From contig CM074511.1 of the NCBI GenBank assembly GCA_037379345.1, positions 2,976,001 through 3,040,000 on the forward strand: a DNA stretch of 64,000 nucleotides. The letters run 5' to 3'. The notes beneath the pieces were generated by a model. It was not told the origin of the DNA. It saw only the letters and a program-made list of their open reading frames with translations, and made no database searches. Source of the DNA: Perna viridis. Lineage: Eukaryota. The translations under genes were made by a program, and so were the position numbers. How positions within the stretch are numbered: position 1 is the stretch's first letter; every line of letters starts with the position of its first letter. Shown here in pieces: positions 35,701 to 47,400 of this stretch.

Positions 35701-37050
35701 ATAAGAACAGCAAAAGACTGTTAGAAAACCTGGCATTGGAAATGGAAGATTGGTTGAACGAGCCACGGAACGTCCACCCACACAACCGGATAACGTGGTT
35801 GGTGGTGCTTCAATTTATTGTGACCCGGAGATGTTTCCAATATCCGTGCCCATCCAGGATAAATGGAAGATTGCTGAAGGTGTTCGTCCAAAAAAGAAGT
35901 CCATATCATCACGGACGCACAGACGGAAGAGTTCATTGAGCAGATTGATTCATTGAGTTCATTGGTTCAGAGAGGGTTGCTGCAGTCGGAGAGTTGGGAA
36001 TGGACAGGACTATCAGCGACATATACAGGGAAGGTAAACTTAAATTCCTGAAGGAGACAGCACCTTACATATCCATACAGTTAGCTACTCTACACGGTCG
36101 TGTTGAAGCTGTGTGTGGACCACTTTCGGGCGCACAGAAATTTATACTACATTGCTTTACCAGTACACCAGTTATTCAGAAAGGCTATTTCACTTTGAAA
36201 ACAATTACTTCGGCTTCACGTACTTGGTAAATACATGTTTCTATATCCGACAGCAAGCTTTGAGGGAAACACGTTTTAACCGATTTCTGGTGGAAACGGA
36301 TGCACCCTATATGGTACCATCAGGGATCAGTATCAACAATCGTCCCATCTATCTGGTAGAGACGCTACGGAAGATGGCAGAGGCTCAAAGAATGGAGCAG
36401 GTCTGCAGGATTACAACCATCAACGCCACAGTCTGGTTCTCTGTTGTGTAAGCTCCTGTGGAAGTAGTAAGGGACAGAGATTTTAGTTTTAAAACATTTG
36501 AAGATAATAAGAAGTAACAGGGCGGCATTTAGTTCGTTGTGATGAAGATATTGATGGAAAAATGAATACTATGAATATTGGATTTTATGAACGTTTATTT
36601 TTTTTTTTATTAATTCATGATAGAAATTGATAAGACAACAATTTCTTGTAATGTCAGTACATTGCTCAGTTTTATGAATTTTATCATCTATAAATGGGTT
36701 GAAAGAGAAAGAAAATACCTTAGAGAGACAGCACTTTGACAGAATCCACTCGAAGTTAATTACCAACATGCCTATCCAGTGCCAAGACGAATAAACGCTC
36801 TTCCTTGCGTAAGAGGGAGGAGAGTGTAGTGGATTCCACGGCATACAAGCCGTTTGTTATAATAATCATGACCTACCAGGAACGTCCGATACTTTCGGGC
36901 ACATTCGTTTTAGTTAAACATCAACACGATTGACGACCCGAAGTAGAGAAAGGAGAGGGAAAAGGAAGGCAACACGTGGCAGAAGAGCAGACGAAATAGA
37001 AGACGATATATCTAGTTGTAGGCGATTGATCATTGAGCTATTCTTTTGGG
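32760..37050 (+). mobile_element. Degenerate Gypsy LTR retrotransposon (gag, protease, TatD, PPT, start of 3' LTR)
   Basis: gag (KYDG...RQSPGE...EWVDRL), a decayed knuckle (YNCDGYGHIVRWC), slippery TTTAAAC at 33951-33957, protease AVIDTPAKVAIIS, and PPT AAGAGGGAGGAGAG at 36811-36824 followed by TGTAGTGG. Confidence 0.7.
35660..36451 (+). pseudogene. tatD: TatD-family metal-dependent DNase, frameshifted
   Basis: Ordered motifs DSHLHLD, EGVRPK, AVGELGMD, LHGR, LHCFT, YFGFT and LVETDAPY across four short ORFs. Confidence 0.8.
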
Positions 37051-38744
37051 TGAGTTTTCCTCTAGGATTGTGGTCACTTGTGACCTGTTACGGCCCATTA
37101 AACCATAAGCAGTGACTACCAATTTTATTTTCTTGTGTGTCTCAGCCAGGGATCAAACCCATGAACTGCTACGCTTGTGCAAGTATGATAAAAACAAATG
37201 CGAGAAAAAAGGTAAATATTGGCATACATTGAGTTGTGCAAGAATTACCACAACATGCCTTGGACTTAATTCATGTATACATCAAACTGGGCATTATGCT
37301 ACACCCTACTCATACATGCATATAAAAATTGAATCTCAATGTTAACAACCAAACTAAAATAATTTGATTTGTTTATAATCTGCCAATAAAACAAGAAGAC
37401 ATTGAAAAACATTGGCCTCCTTATACATTATTTGTATAAGAAGTCATACAATGTAGTAGAAGTTTACAGAATGTTCACTTAATGTAGTCGTATTAATAGT
37501 AAACATGTATATCAATGTGATGCAGTAAAGTGTACAAAACATGGAACAAATGGCCCATATTGCACTGGAAACTCTGGGTATTTGTGTCCAAGACAGCTTA
37601 TCAGTACAATATGGATTTATACAGTATTTTCATATTAAAAACTAAAAAGTAGCATTCATTAAAGGCTGCAATATGTTTTTTTTCACTGTGGATGCTTCAA
37701 AGTGAAATTATTTGCATAGATAATTGTTTGGTCTCAATATTTCTGGTTTTAAAAGAACCATGTGAAATGCACCTATGAAATGCAAACTCAAAAAAAAAAG
37801 AGAGATGTATCACTGATAATGGAGGTTTACAAATGTAGTTGCCCAGAACTTACATGTTCCTGAGAAGAGTCATTCATTCCTCTTAAAAAAACCCATTGAT
37901 GGCAGAAAGCTTTTATCACGATGGGGCAACTAGCATTACAGATGTTGCAATGTAGTTGTTGGCAAGTACAGTATGCAGACAAACTCAGTAACCTATAACC
38001 AGTCCATGTATAGCACAATCAATCTAATGAGAGTAATTACAACTCACGGGAGAACAAGAACAAAACTGAATGGACCCTTATCTTAGTGTCATAGGAAGAT
38101 GATGAAAACCAAGGAAAATGAAGAATCAAGTGGGATTCTTTGTGAACTTGATGCTAGTGAAGCATAATACACTGTAAATTATGTAACTAAAAATTGATTA
38201 CTGTGAATTTGTGTGAGTTGACTAGTAAGAAAAATGAAATCACGATGAAAACAAAATTTAAAAAAAAATGATACGTGTGTATTTATCTAAACTTGCAAAA
38301 CCGGCTTTAAAAATGGAAATTTACAATGTGAACACATCCACAACAGGCAGTATTGAGGATAAAATAGGTCTGTTTTATTATCCCCCCTTTTGAAACATAA
38401 GTATAAATGTATATTGATCATGCAGTGTGTCGGTCCATTGGCTACTCCTCAAAAAACTACAAAATGGAATTCAGTGAAGTTTCCATATATACTTCGTCAT
38501 ATTTGAGTATTTCATTTAGCATTTCCACCAATAAGTATAATTTCCGACGTTTCGATAGTATAGTAGAAAATTGTTGTATTGCCGTTACTAGTGAAATGTA
38601 GATTTTGAGCGAGAATATTTTCCCTTTCTAGCCTACATCTGACTGGCCAACACTCCAGTTTCAGTAAAAATATAGGAGATATTTTTGTCTGTTTAAATTT
38701 TATTATTATGATTATAAATTTTTCAATAGTAATTCATAGATATG

Positions 38745-38906
38745 TCTAAAGCTATATATTTATATAGCCTAACTGGCCGCTGGACTTTGTGCAGGCGGTG
38801 TTGCCATAGATGTCACAGCAGTACGAGTTCGAGTCCCGAGGAGGGAACTACCAAAAATTTGCATCGCAAATTGGACAGTTCTAACATCGTTATGAATTTT
38901 TCAGAC
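38745..38906 (+). mobile_element. tRNA-derived SINE (second copy)
   Basis: Matches 20060-20226 in reverse orientation; B box GTTCGAGTCC. Confidence 0.6.
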
Positions 38907-39944
38907 CCCCACCCCCACCCTCTCATCAACTTCATGGTGATTTTTGGGTCCCTTTTATTTATTGAATATATCAATAATTAAAACAATAGTACCCAACATG
39001 TTTACTGTATACCGTTTGTATGCCAAAAATTAACATTTTAGTTCATGATGAGGCATTTTTTATCATGGGTAGGGTTTCAATTTTCCACCTAACTTGACTT
39101 GCAAAAGTTCAAATATTTATTAATTGGTCTCAATTTGAAGCTAATACATTATATCAATGAACCGTATCTCACAAACGTTTTTTTTTTCTAAAATACATTA
39201 TTATGAAAAAAGACAATGTTGTGTGATAAAGTAGAAAATTCTAAAATTCTGAAAATTCCCATTTTTCCGATCTTATAATAATTTCACCCCAAAAGGAAAT
39301 CTAAGCGTCTGAATTGATCAGATATGTTAGGTACATCATTATCTTAATTATGAATGCCTAAAATACGGTGTCAGTATGCTGTGAATGAAAAGTCTGTCTG
39401 ATACCGAGACCAGTTCTCTAAGCGTAGGGGTAGTAATTTTAACATTTTTTTAAATTCATTCTTGAAAATTAGTTCTTCGTGATTTATCTATGTAGAAAAT
39501 TAAATTATCTTTCAAATGATACCAAAATTTAGACGTTTTATTTGAGAAATAACTTGTAGAGTCGAACTTTTGTGACTTTTGACCGAAAAATCGAAAATCC
39601 CATTTTTCGCTTTTTTTTTTTTTTATAAATTCTGATTACGAAAATCGCCAAAATTCATCAAAAGAATCCCAGGAGTATAAAATGTGATAATACTAAACAG
39701 AAAATACCAAATAAGCTATTTTTTACTGGAACATGAATACTCTAGGGGTTTTGACATTGAAAAATATGTTAATTGAAGCTATATTTCGGCGGGGTAGGGA
39801 TGCACATTTTTTCATTTTACCGCAAAACCCTAAGTGTTACTGCAACTTTCTTGGTGCTATTGTAAAGCTGAGACATTGGGCTACATGATGATACATACAT
39901 TTGTCACTTTGCTTCGTTCTGTAGAAAGAAGAAGTTCGTAGAAT

Positions 39945-40500
39945 AAAAAAGAGGCTCCTAGGAGCCTGAATCGCTCACCAGATTAAAGTTTGTCTTTCGA
40001 GGGCAATAAAGTTGTCCAACAATTTTGACTCAAGAATACTTTGGTGGGACTATCATTAGGATAATTTCAGCGATAGAAAGTTTCTTTCTTTTAGTTTTAA
40101 AGGTATTGGCTGAAAACTGTAAAAAGAAAACCTGTCATTTTTTATCTTTCAAAGGCAATAACTCTTACAGGAGTCACCTGACAACTTTGATCCCTGACTA
40201 CTTTTGAAGGCCTTATAATAAGGGTCATTTCAGCAATAGAAATAATTTTGCAAAACCTAACAATTTTCGAGATGTATGCGAAAAACTACTGTCTGACCCC
40301 TATGTTATATTTTTAGTAACAGCGGCCATGTTTTTTTAACGGATCAAAAATCAACACATCAGTTCTATGCACGATACCTCAATGAACATTCATACCAAGT
40401 TTGGTTCCAATTGGTCAAGTAGTGTCAGAGGAGAAGGGTTTTGAAAAATTGTTAATGACGACAACGACGAAGACGGACGCCAAGTGATGGCAATGAACTA
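39945..40500 (-). mobile_element. Helentron-type non-autonomous element
   Basis: Ends GAGGCTCCTAGGAGCCTGAATCGCTCACC and GACGAC...GGACGCCAAGTGATGGC. Same family as 54500-55712. Confidence 0.65.
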
Positions 40501-40629
40501 AAAAAAAACTTTTAATAGATTTTTGCCTCAACGAGGTATGAAAAGTAGCCAAAAAATACAAAAGTGATTCAGTTTATTTTTTTGACGACAAAAAGATTCG
40601 CAAATGGGAGGTATAAGTGTAACTGAAAG

Positions 40630-40850
40630 AGTAATCAAGGGAACCAAGGTTATAGCGGTAATCAAAAGAATGTAATCCAGGGACAAAGACCAGACATGGA
40701 AAACAGACACACAACAAAGAACATAAAGTAACTAAAATCATACATACAAAGTAACAAAAGTAAATGAGCAACTCGGACTCCACTAAAAACTGGGAGCATG
40801 GACCAGGTGCACCGGTAGGGTAAGCGTCCTCTGCTTTTCTAGGAACACCC
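40630..40850 (-). mobile_element. Penelope-like 3' UTR fragment
   Basis: Near-identical to the reverse complement of 61810-62030. Confidence 0.8.
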
Positions 40851-41614
40851 TCATATTTTGGTAGATGAGTCGGGGGGGGGGGTGCAAGAGATGTTATCTC
40901 AGCCCACGTACTATATGTATGTGATGATAAATAAATAACAGTAGCGAATCTCCAGACATGTTATGCTTCTTTTTTGAATTTAGTATATGCAGTCATTAAT
41001 ATGATAAATACACTGTGTGCTTGATTTCAGTCACATTCGTTTGAATTATCAGATCTTACTGTTTGCTGTGTTTTAGTCTGAAAGATTTTCTAATTTCTTG
41101 AAAGGTAGTTTTATATTAAAATACACGTGAAAGCTTCTGTATACAATACATTTTATTCAAAATGACCCAAAAAGAGAAAAGACATAATTTCATAGAAGTT
41201 TTAAAGAGTTATCAACAAGGCAGAAATAACATCTTGGGGTATAATTGTCACAAAATGTTTTGTTTTTTTTTTTCAATCCAAATGTTCTTGTTATGCATTG
41301 AATACCAATTGAAATTTACCAATGTATGTGGGAGTACATGTAACAACCATCCCCTAGCATAAAAATGAAAACAAAAAGAACTGCATGTTATGAAAGATAT
41401 GCTTTCCAGGGGAGATAATTCTTCACTTAGTGATTTTATTATTTTTTATGCAATTTTTAAATTTACGAAAACGTACTAAATGCTCAGAACCAGAATATAC
41501 CTGGATATGATATAATCATTAAGTACTTATCTTCAGTTAGAAACTATTGAGAATGAAAATGAGGCGTCTATTCTGTATTTTATTATTGTATGAAGAAATT
41601 CATCCTCCGTTAAG

Positions 41615-42134
41615 GCCCCGTGCAGGTCCGGGTGTCTACAGAATAGGCCTGCAGCAGCGCTAAGCCTGTCGTAAAAGGCGACTAAGTAGTACTCAGAAGC
41701 CTAGCTGGGGGCTAGGCGCTCTGCCCACAGAGCAACTGGGATGTGTCTCCAGGTGGTGGAATGGTGTACCCCTAGCGTGTTACACGCTGGGGTTGTCAGG
41801 CTATAATACGGAAAACCTGACCGCAAACCATAGTGGTGCACCGTGTTGGGAAAGATGCCACGTTCCTCGCACGTTAAAGAACCCTGCTGTGGTATTCGAT
41901 AGGAGTAGGAAACTTTGCGCTCCGCCACAGGAGGCTAAATTGCCCGACACTACCCAGCCCCCCCCCTTTTTCTAGTGGCAACCAAAATTTGTCGACCCTA
42001 TTGTTCTTGTGTCCCATCTTTTGTTTCATTTCATCATCAATCATGTTCATTTTATCATCCACTTCATGTTCATCGCCTGAATATAGCTGAAATATTGCTG
42101 CTCGGGCGTTAAACCCCAACAATCAATCAATCAA
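41615..42134 (+). mobile_element. Full-length short retroposon with 8-bp TSD
   Basis: CCGTTAAG at 41607-41614 and 42135-42142, an (AATC)n tail, and internal GCACGTTAAAGAACCC and ATAGCTGAAATATTGCTG blocks typical of mollusc SINE bodies. Confidence 0.8.
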
Positions 42135-42485
42135 CCGTTAAGACTTATCTCCCTTAAAGTGTAACTGAAAATTAGTTATATTTTTGTTCATACATAAAGA
42201 TATGTGATACATTCATATAGTTATAACCTTTGATTGCCTTATTTTCATCAGGAGCCTTTCAATATGATGTCGGAATTAGGTGATTTTTAGAAATTTTGAT
42301 GAATTTGATGGGCCAAAAAAGGGGGCCCTGAGAATGTCATCATATAGCCTCTCATCGTGCAGAGTAATAAGAAATTAAATGTTACCCAAACTTTGCTTCA
42401 TTTTGGTAATATTTGGTATAAATTTGGTGGAATTCTGAATACCTTGCTGTATTGACTTCTGCCTGGGTCTATCGTAGAATGACAG

Positions 42486-42705
42486 TTAATATGATTAACT
42501 AAGGCTTGGTCTTCTTCTGGTTTTAGTGATAGTTGCTGACCTGGACCTTTTTGTGCTTAACTGAAGCCGTCCTTTAGTGTGATCAAACAATGCTGTTTGG
42601 GAATGTTGTATAGTTTGGCAGTTGCAGAGAGCCTTTTACCACGAGTGACAGCTCTAATAACTAAATATTTTTTATCATACAGCTGGTGTTTCTGTCTCCG
42701 GGACA
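42486..42705 (-). pseudogene. pogo-like transposase 5' part (psq-type HTH)
   Basis: MSRRQKHQLYDKK...AVTRGKRLSATAKLYNIPK...KGPGQQLSLKPEEDQALVNHI, which joins KYMAERG at 30300. Confidence 0.7.
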
Positions 42706-42839
42706 TCTGAAAAGAGGAAATTATGGTGAATGTGAGAAAATTACATTACATGTAACTCTTTGATGTTACTTTTTAAAAATTATTTGTTTATTGCATTGAC
42801 TTTTCAAAATTAATTTTTAATCTAGATTTAAATAAACAT

Positions 42840-43670
42840 CGCTTCGATATTTTATCTGTGCTCCTCTCCTAGCCGATTTGTTTCATTATGAATATGACAC
42901 TGAATTTCTTCAGAACCTGGTAAAGAATACAGATATATTGATGGTATATTGTATCAACAACACTTCTTTTGGAAAAGAGTTAACGTAAAAAATATCCACC
43001 AGAGCTCGAGATAAAGGAGATAGCCTGTTCTGCTTCTTTTTTGGACCTACATCTCGAATTTGCATGCAGTGGTCATCTCAGCACTAATATTTATGATAAA
43101 AGAGATGACTTATTTTGATAATTATCATAAACTTTCCTTAACTGTGCAGCAATATGCCTTCATCTCCTGCATATGGTGTTTATATTTCAATACTGATTAG
43201 CTACGCTAGAGCAAGTACTAACTACTCTGATTTACTTCAACGCCATAAATATCTGCTTAACAGACTCCTGAATCAGGGGTATCAGGAAATGCGTCTAAAA
43301 GGTCTGTTACCAAATTCTTTTTTTAGATATCAGTTCTTGGTTGAAAAATACTCAGTTTCTTCTGAAACAATGAGTAATGATTGTTTTTTTTTTTGTAAAT
43401 TGTTCTTTGTGCTTATGTGACCGCTGATTTACCGATTATGACAATAGCATGTAAATGCTTTTTAATCATCACTGGTATGGTCACATCGAAATGGAAGAGG
43501 GATGTAAAACCTAGATTGAACCCACCACGGTTGAAGTATCTGTACCAAGTCAGGACCATTACGGTACTAGCTGCTCCAGTGGTGTACTATCTGTTTTGCC
43601 AGATTTGTTTTGGACTTGACTTGCTTATGAATCGGATTAGGGTTCGGTAATTGTGTTGTCACCCTTATTA
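42840..43670 (+). mobile_element. Penelope-like fragment, second family
   Basis: CAPLLADLF, RYID, SFLDLHLE, IYDKRDD and PSSPAYGVYISILISYARAS. Its UTR recurs near 28165-28380 and 53440-53910. Confidence 0.75.
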
Positions 43671-44298
43671 ATTAAACAAATATTAAGTTTTTATGCCCGT
43701 ATTAAAATATGGTAATTTTGTATGACTGTTTTATTATAGGATAAAGTAAAATTATTCCTTTATTCATCCAAGTAAAGTTCATACATGTATCACCATTCGG
43801 ATTTCTCTTGACTTGTGTGTAAATGCCATGAATAGTATTAGAGAACAAAAAATTGTGAATTGAAAAGAAATTTGATACAAACACAGCGGTTTTTGCGAAT
43901 TATTTACAAGGAATGAATGTATTTTCATTCATGCACAGAGTTTAAGCACAATTAAGTAGACTACGTACCTTTGAAGGAACAGCCTTGAGAATCTAGCAAA
44001 CGTTGGTATGCCTCCCGTGTAGTTGGCTTTATTTTTTGTCGTCAGCAAAATCTACCGAATGCGCATGAAATTTTATATCACGTATTCCACGTGCTTTTGT
44101 GCGCCCTTTGCAATTATGAAAAGAAAATTTATGTATTTATATTGATTTCATTGAAAGGCTGAAACTTGAAAAAAAATATTCGTAATTGCGTCCGTTGTCG
44201 CATAATATAAGTTCCGGCCTGTTAACGGTACCGGTAGGAACCTGTATCCTATAATAGATACAAATCACCCCCCCCCAAAAAAAAAAAAAAAAAAAAAA

Positions 44299-44340
<42 letters not shown>

Positions 44341-44438
44341 CTGACATCCTTATATATAAATAATGATGAATATGAATTTATGTACACCATCCATGCGAGA
44401 CACAGTGTAGTCAAGGATGTTAAAAAAAACCTCAGTCA

Positions 44439-47400
44439 TGTGCTGTTACATACCTAGTATTTGTCGTTACTTTCTGCTCTGGACCTTTTTTCTTCAATAT
44501 TATGGATGCTTTTTTTACTTTTGGAGCTCTTGAAATTTAGGAAAAACTGTAGGTCCCCACAGACTTTTTTACCTTCCTCTGGAGAGTTTGTGATGAATAA
44601 AGGATTACAAAAGTTTATAAGGCTTGAGGCATTACAGTAAAAATAACCCGCAGAAGACTTTCAGGAATTATGGCTTACTCCGTGGACCCTGGAGAAACTG
44701 AAAAGAGACTTAGAACATTGAGTGAAAAGGGGAAACCAATATACCAAGAACGAGTTGATAAAGAATTCAGAACAATCGCTGGAATAAAAAAGTAATATAG
44801 AAGCAACGTTAGACTTTATAGAACTTTTCAAGGACAGTTCATACAAATTAAATGAAACCAGAGACCTATTAATAGAATCTATGAACAAATTTCATGGCAC
44901 TACGATTGATTTCAAGGAATATTTAGACAATCAAAATACAATTGAGAGTATTCAGGAAGGCACTGTTGTAGACAATTTGTACCAAGAAATAGAGAACAAA
45001 ATCAAGACAAGACTTGTCTGATCGACCAGTTTACTACACCCACACAGATAACAGAGGAAAAACCTAAAACTGAACAAATAAGTGACAAAGACAGCCATAA
45101 AAGTTATAAAAGCAGTAAAAGCCGTTCAAGTCATTGTTCAAAGAGTAGACATGGAAGTCAAAGTTGGCATAGCTCATCATATTATTCACATTCTAGTAGC
45201 TTCTGGAAAAGAAAGCAAAGCTTGAGGTTGCCAAAATTAGACTTGAAATGGTGGAAAGGGAAAAACAGATAAAACAAAGGCTCTAGAGGAAAGAACTTTA
45301 CAAGACGCTCAATTGCAAAAACAGAGGTTTTAATTCACATCCACTTTAAATGTGCTCAAAACAGAAGAGGGAAATGATGGAAGCAGAGCTATCAATAATT
45401 GAAGTTCTTGAAGAGGAAAATTTAAGTGATGGTGATAAAAGAAAAAAAATTAGATATCCCGGAAATAAGTTCTTCAGGCAAAGTAGAGAAATATGTGTCA
45501 CAATATAGCCTTCAGAGTTCAATCGAAGAAACTTTCAACACTCAAGATGTAAATCCCGAGAAAAAAGACTGGTTTTCAAGTAAATAATTATAAAAATTCA
45601 GTGAAACAAGATGTAAATCCCGAGAAAAAAGATTCTGGTTTTAAAAGTTTGGATCCAAATGTTGAGGAATTCATTCCAAGAAGGGTGTAATTGGAAGTGA
45701 ATAATAATGTCAGTGCCAAAACAACCGACAAGTATACATCTGTAAGTACGAACAATGAAGCTGGAAAAAATTCTACCGTAAGTGATTTGACAAAGTGTAT
45801 TATGAAAAAGGACCTGTTGTTGTCTAGATTGACACAATTTAATGATAGACCTGAGCAATATTTTAGTTGGAAATGTAGCTTCAAGAATATCACAAGGGAA
45901 CTTGAAACAACTAGTACAGAGGAATTAGAGACGGACAAGTTCTATGAACTTTCTGATCTATTATCAGAGATACTTTCAGTAAAGGAGAATCCTCAATATA
46001 TTATGGTTTTAAGTATAAAAAAATGGTAATGTATCCGCCTTTCTCAGTGTTTGTGGAATTTATGCATAGCATTGCCATTCGATTGAATGATCCAAGCTTT
46101 CAGATTCTAACAAATGACTCTCGATATGACCGCCTGAATGTCAAGAAAGAGAAGAGAGAGCGTATAAAATTCAATAACCCAGCAAAGACATATAGTCCCC
46201 GAGTGACAAAACCGAAATAGATCATTTTAATCCAAAGAAGCTTACATGCCCAATTCATGAAGCAGGAAAACACAAATTAGCAGATTGTCGAGTATTCTTA
46301 GGAAAATCCTTCGAAGACAAAAGGGAGTTCATCAAGAAACATGGAATTTGTTTCAAATGCTTGAATGAGATACATTTAGCAAAACATTGCAAAGAAAACA
46401 TCAGATGTGAGAAGTGTCGTAGTGAAAATCATAGTACACCATTTTATTTGGAACGTAAACAATCCGACACAATTCATGGCGGGAAACATGATAAAACCCA
46501 AGTAGAGACAAATTGCACTCAGATTTGTGGCGACGTATGGAATGAAAAACCATTTAAAGGAAAATCATGTGCAAAAACTATCTTGGTAAAGATATACCCT
46601 ATAGGACTTGTGCAACCATCGATGATCAGAGTAATAGATCGCTAGCTCGTAGTGAACTCTTTGCCTACTTTGATGATAAATCTGATTGCATAAGTTATAC
46701 ATTGATGTCATGTGCAGGAAAAAACAACTTGTACTGGACGACTTGCAAATGGATACATTCTCCAGTCATTAGATGGTGATATACAATTAAATTGCCCTAG
46801 ATTATTTTAGTGTAATGAGATTCAAAACTCGAAACACGAAATTGCGACACCTGCTGTTGCAAGACAATACGCCCATTTACAGGATATAAAACAATTTATC
46901 CCAGGGATAGATTCAAATTCAGATGTGTTACTTCTGATAGGAAGAGACATGATGCCCGCTCATCATGTCATGGACCAGAGAATCGGTAAGAACAATGAAC
47001 CGTACGGTCAGAAACTAAGATTAGGATGGACTATTATAGGAAAAACCTGCTTAGGATTTGTGCATACCTCGGATACAAAAACTGTCAATAAAATTGCAAT
47101 ATTGGCAAACGGACGTGAATCACATTTAGAACCATGTGAATATGGTTTTAAGATAAAGGACACTGTAGAACAAGACTTGTATAGTCAAATATTTTAACGT
47201 ACTCCCGAAGACCACACACCAGGGCTATCTTAGGAAGATAGAGAATTTATTTCAACTACGGATAATGAATTCACAAAGGCAGAAAGTGGTAAGCTAAGTG
47301 CACCACTACCTTTCCGGAAAAATCGACAAACTTTAACAAATAACTATACTCAAGTAATGCAAAGAGCTGAAAGTCTAGCACAGAATCTCAAGAGAGACAA

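Larger units (their letters stand above)
30301..42485. mobile_element. 12.2-kb piggyBac-like insertion (TTAA TSD, imperfect TIRs) carrying nested elements
   Basis: TTAA at 30297-30300 and 42486-42489. Ends read CTTTCATTATACGA and (reverse complement) CTGTCATTCTACGA. Removing it rejoins the pogo ORF. Confidence 0.75.

Noticed and set aside
37827-38018. Cys-rich short ORF as an extra TGF-beta exon
   Set aside because: No prodomain similarity or convincing splice pair, and the three-exon model is already in frame.
43410-43490. Possible SECIS in the Penelope 3' UTR (ATGA-N11-AAA in a hairpin)
   Set aside because: No matching 3' GA for the non-Watson-Crick quartet is visible. No hammerhead core was found near the Penelope copies either.
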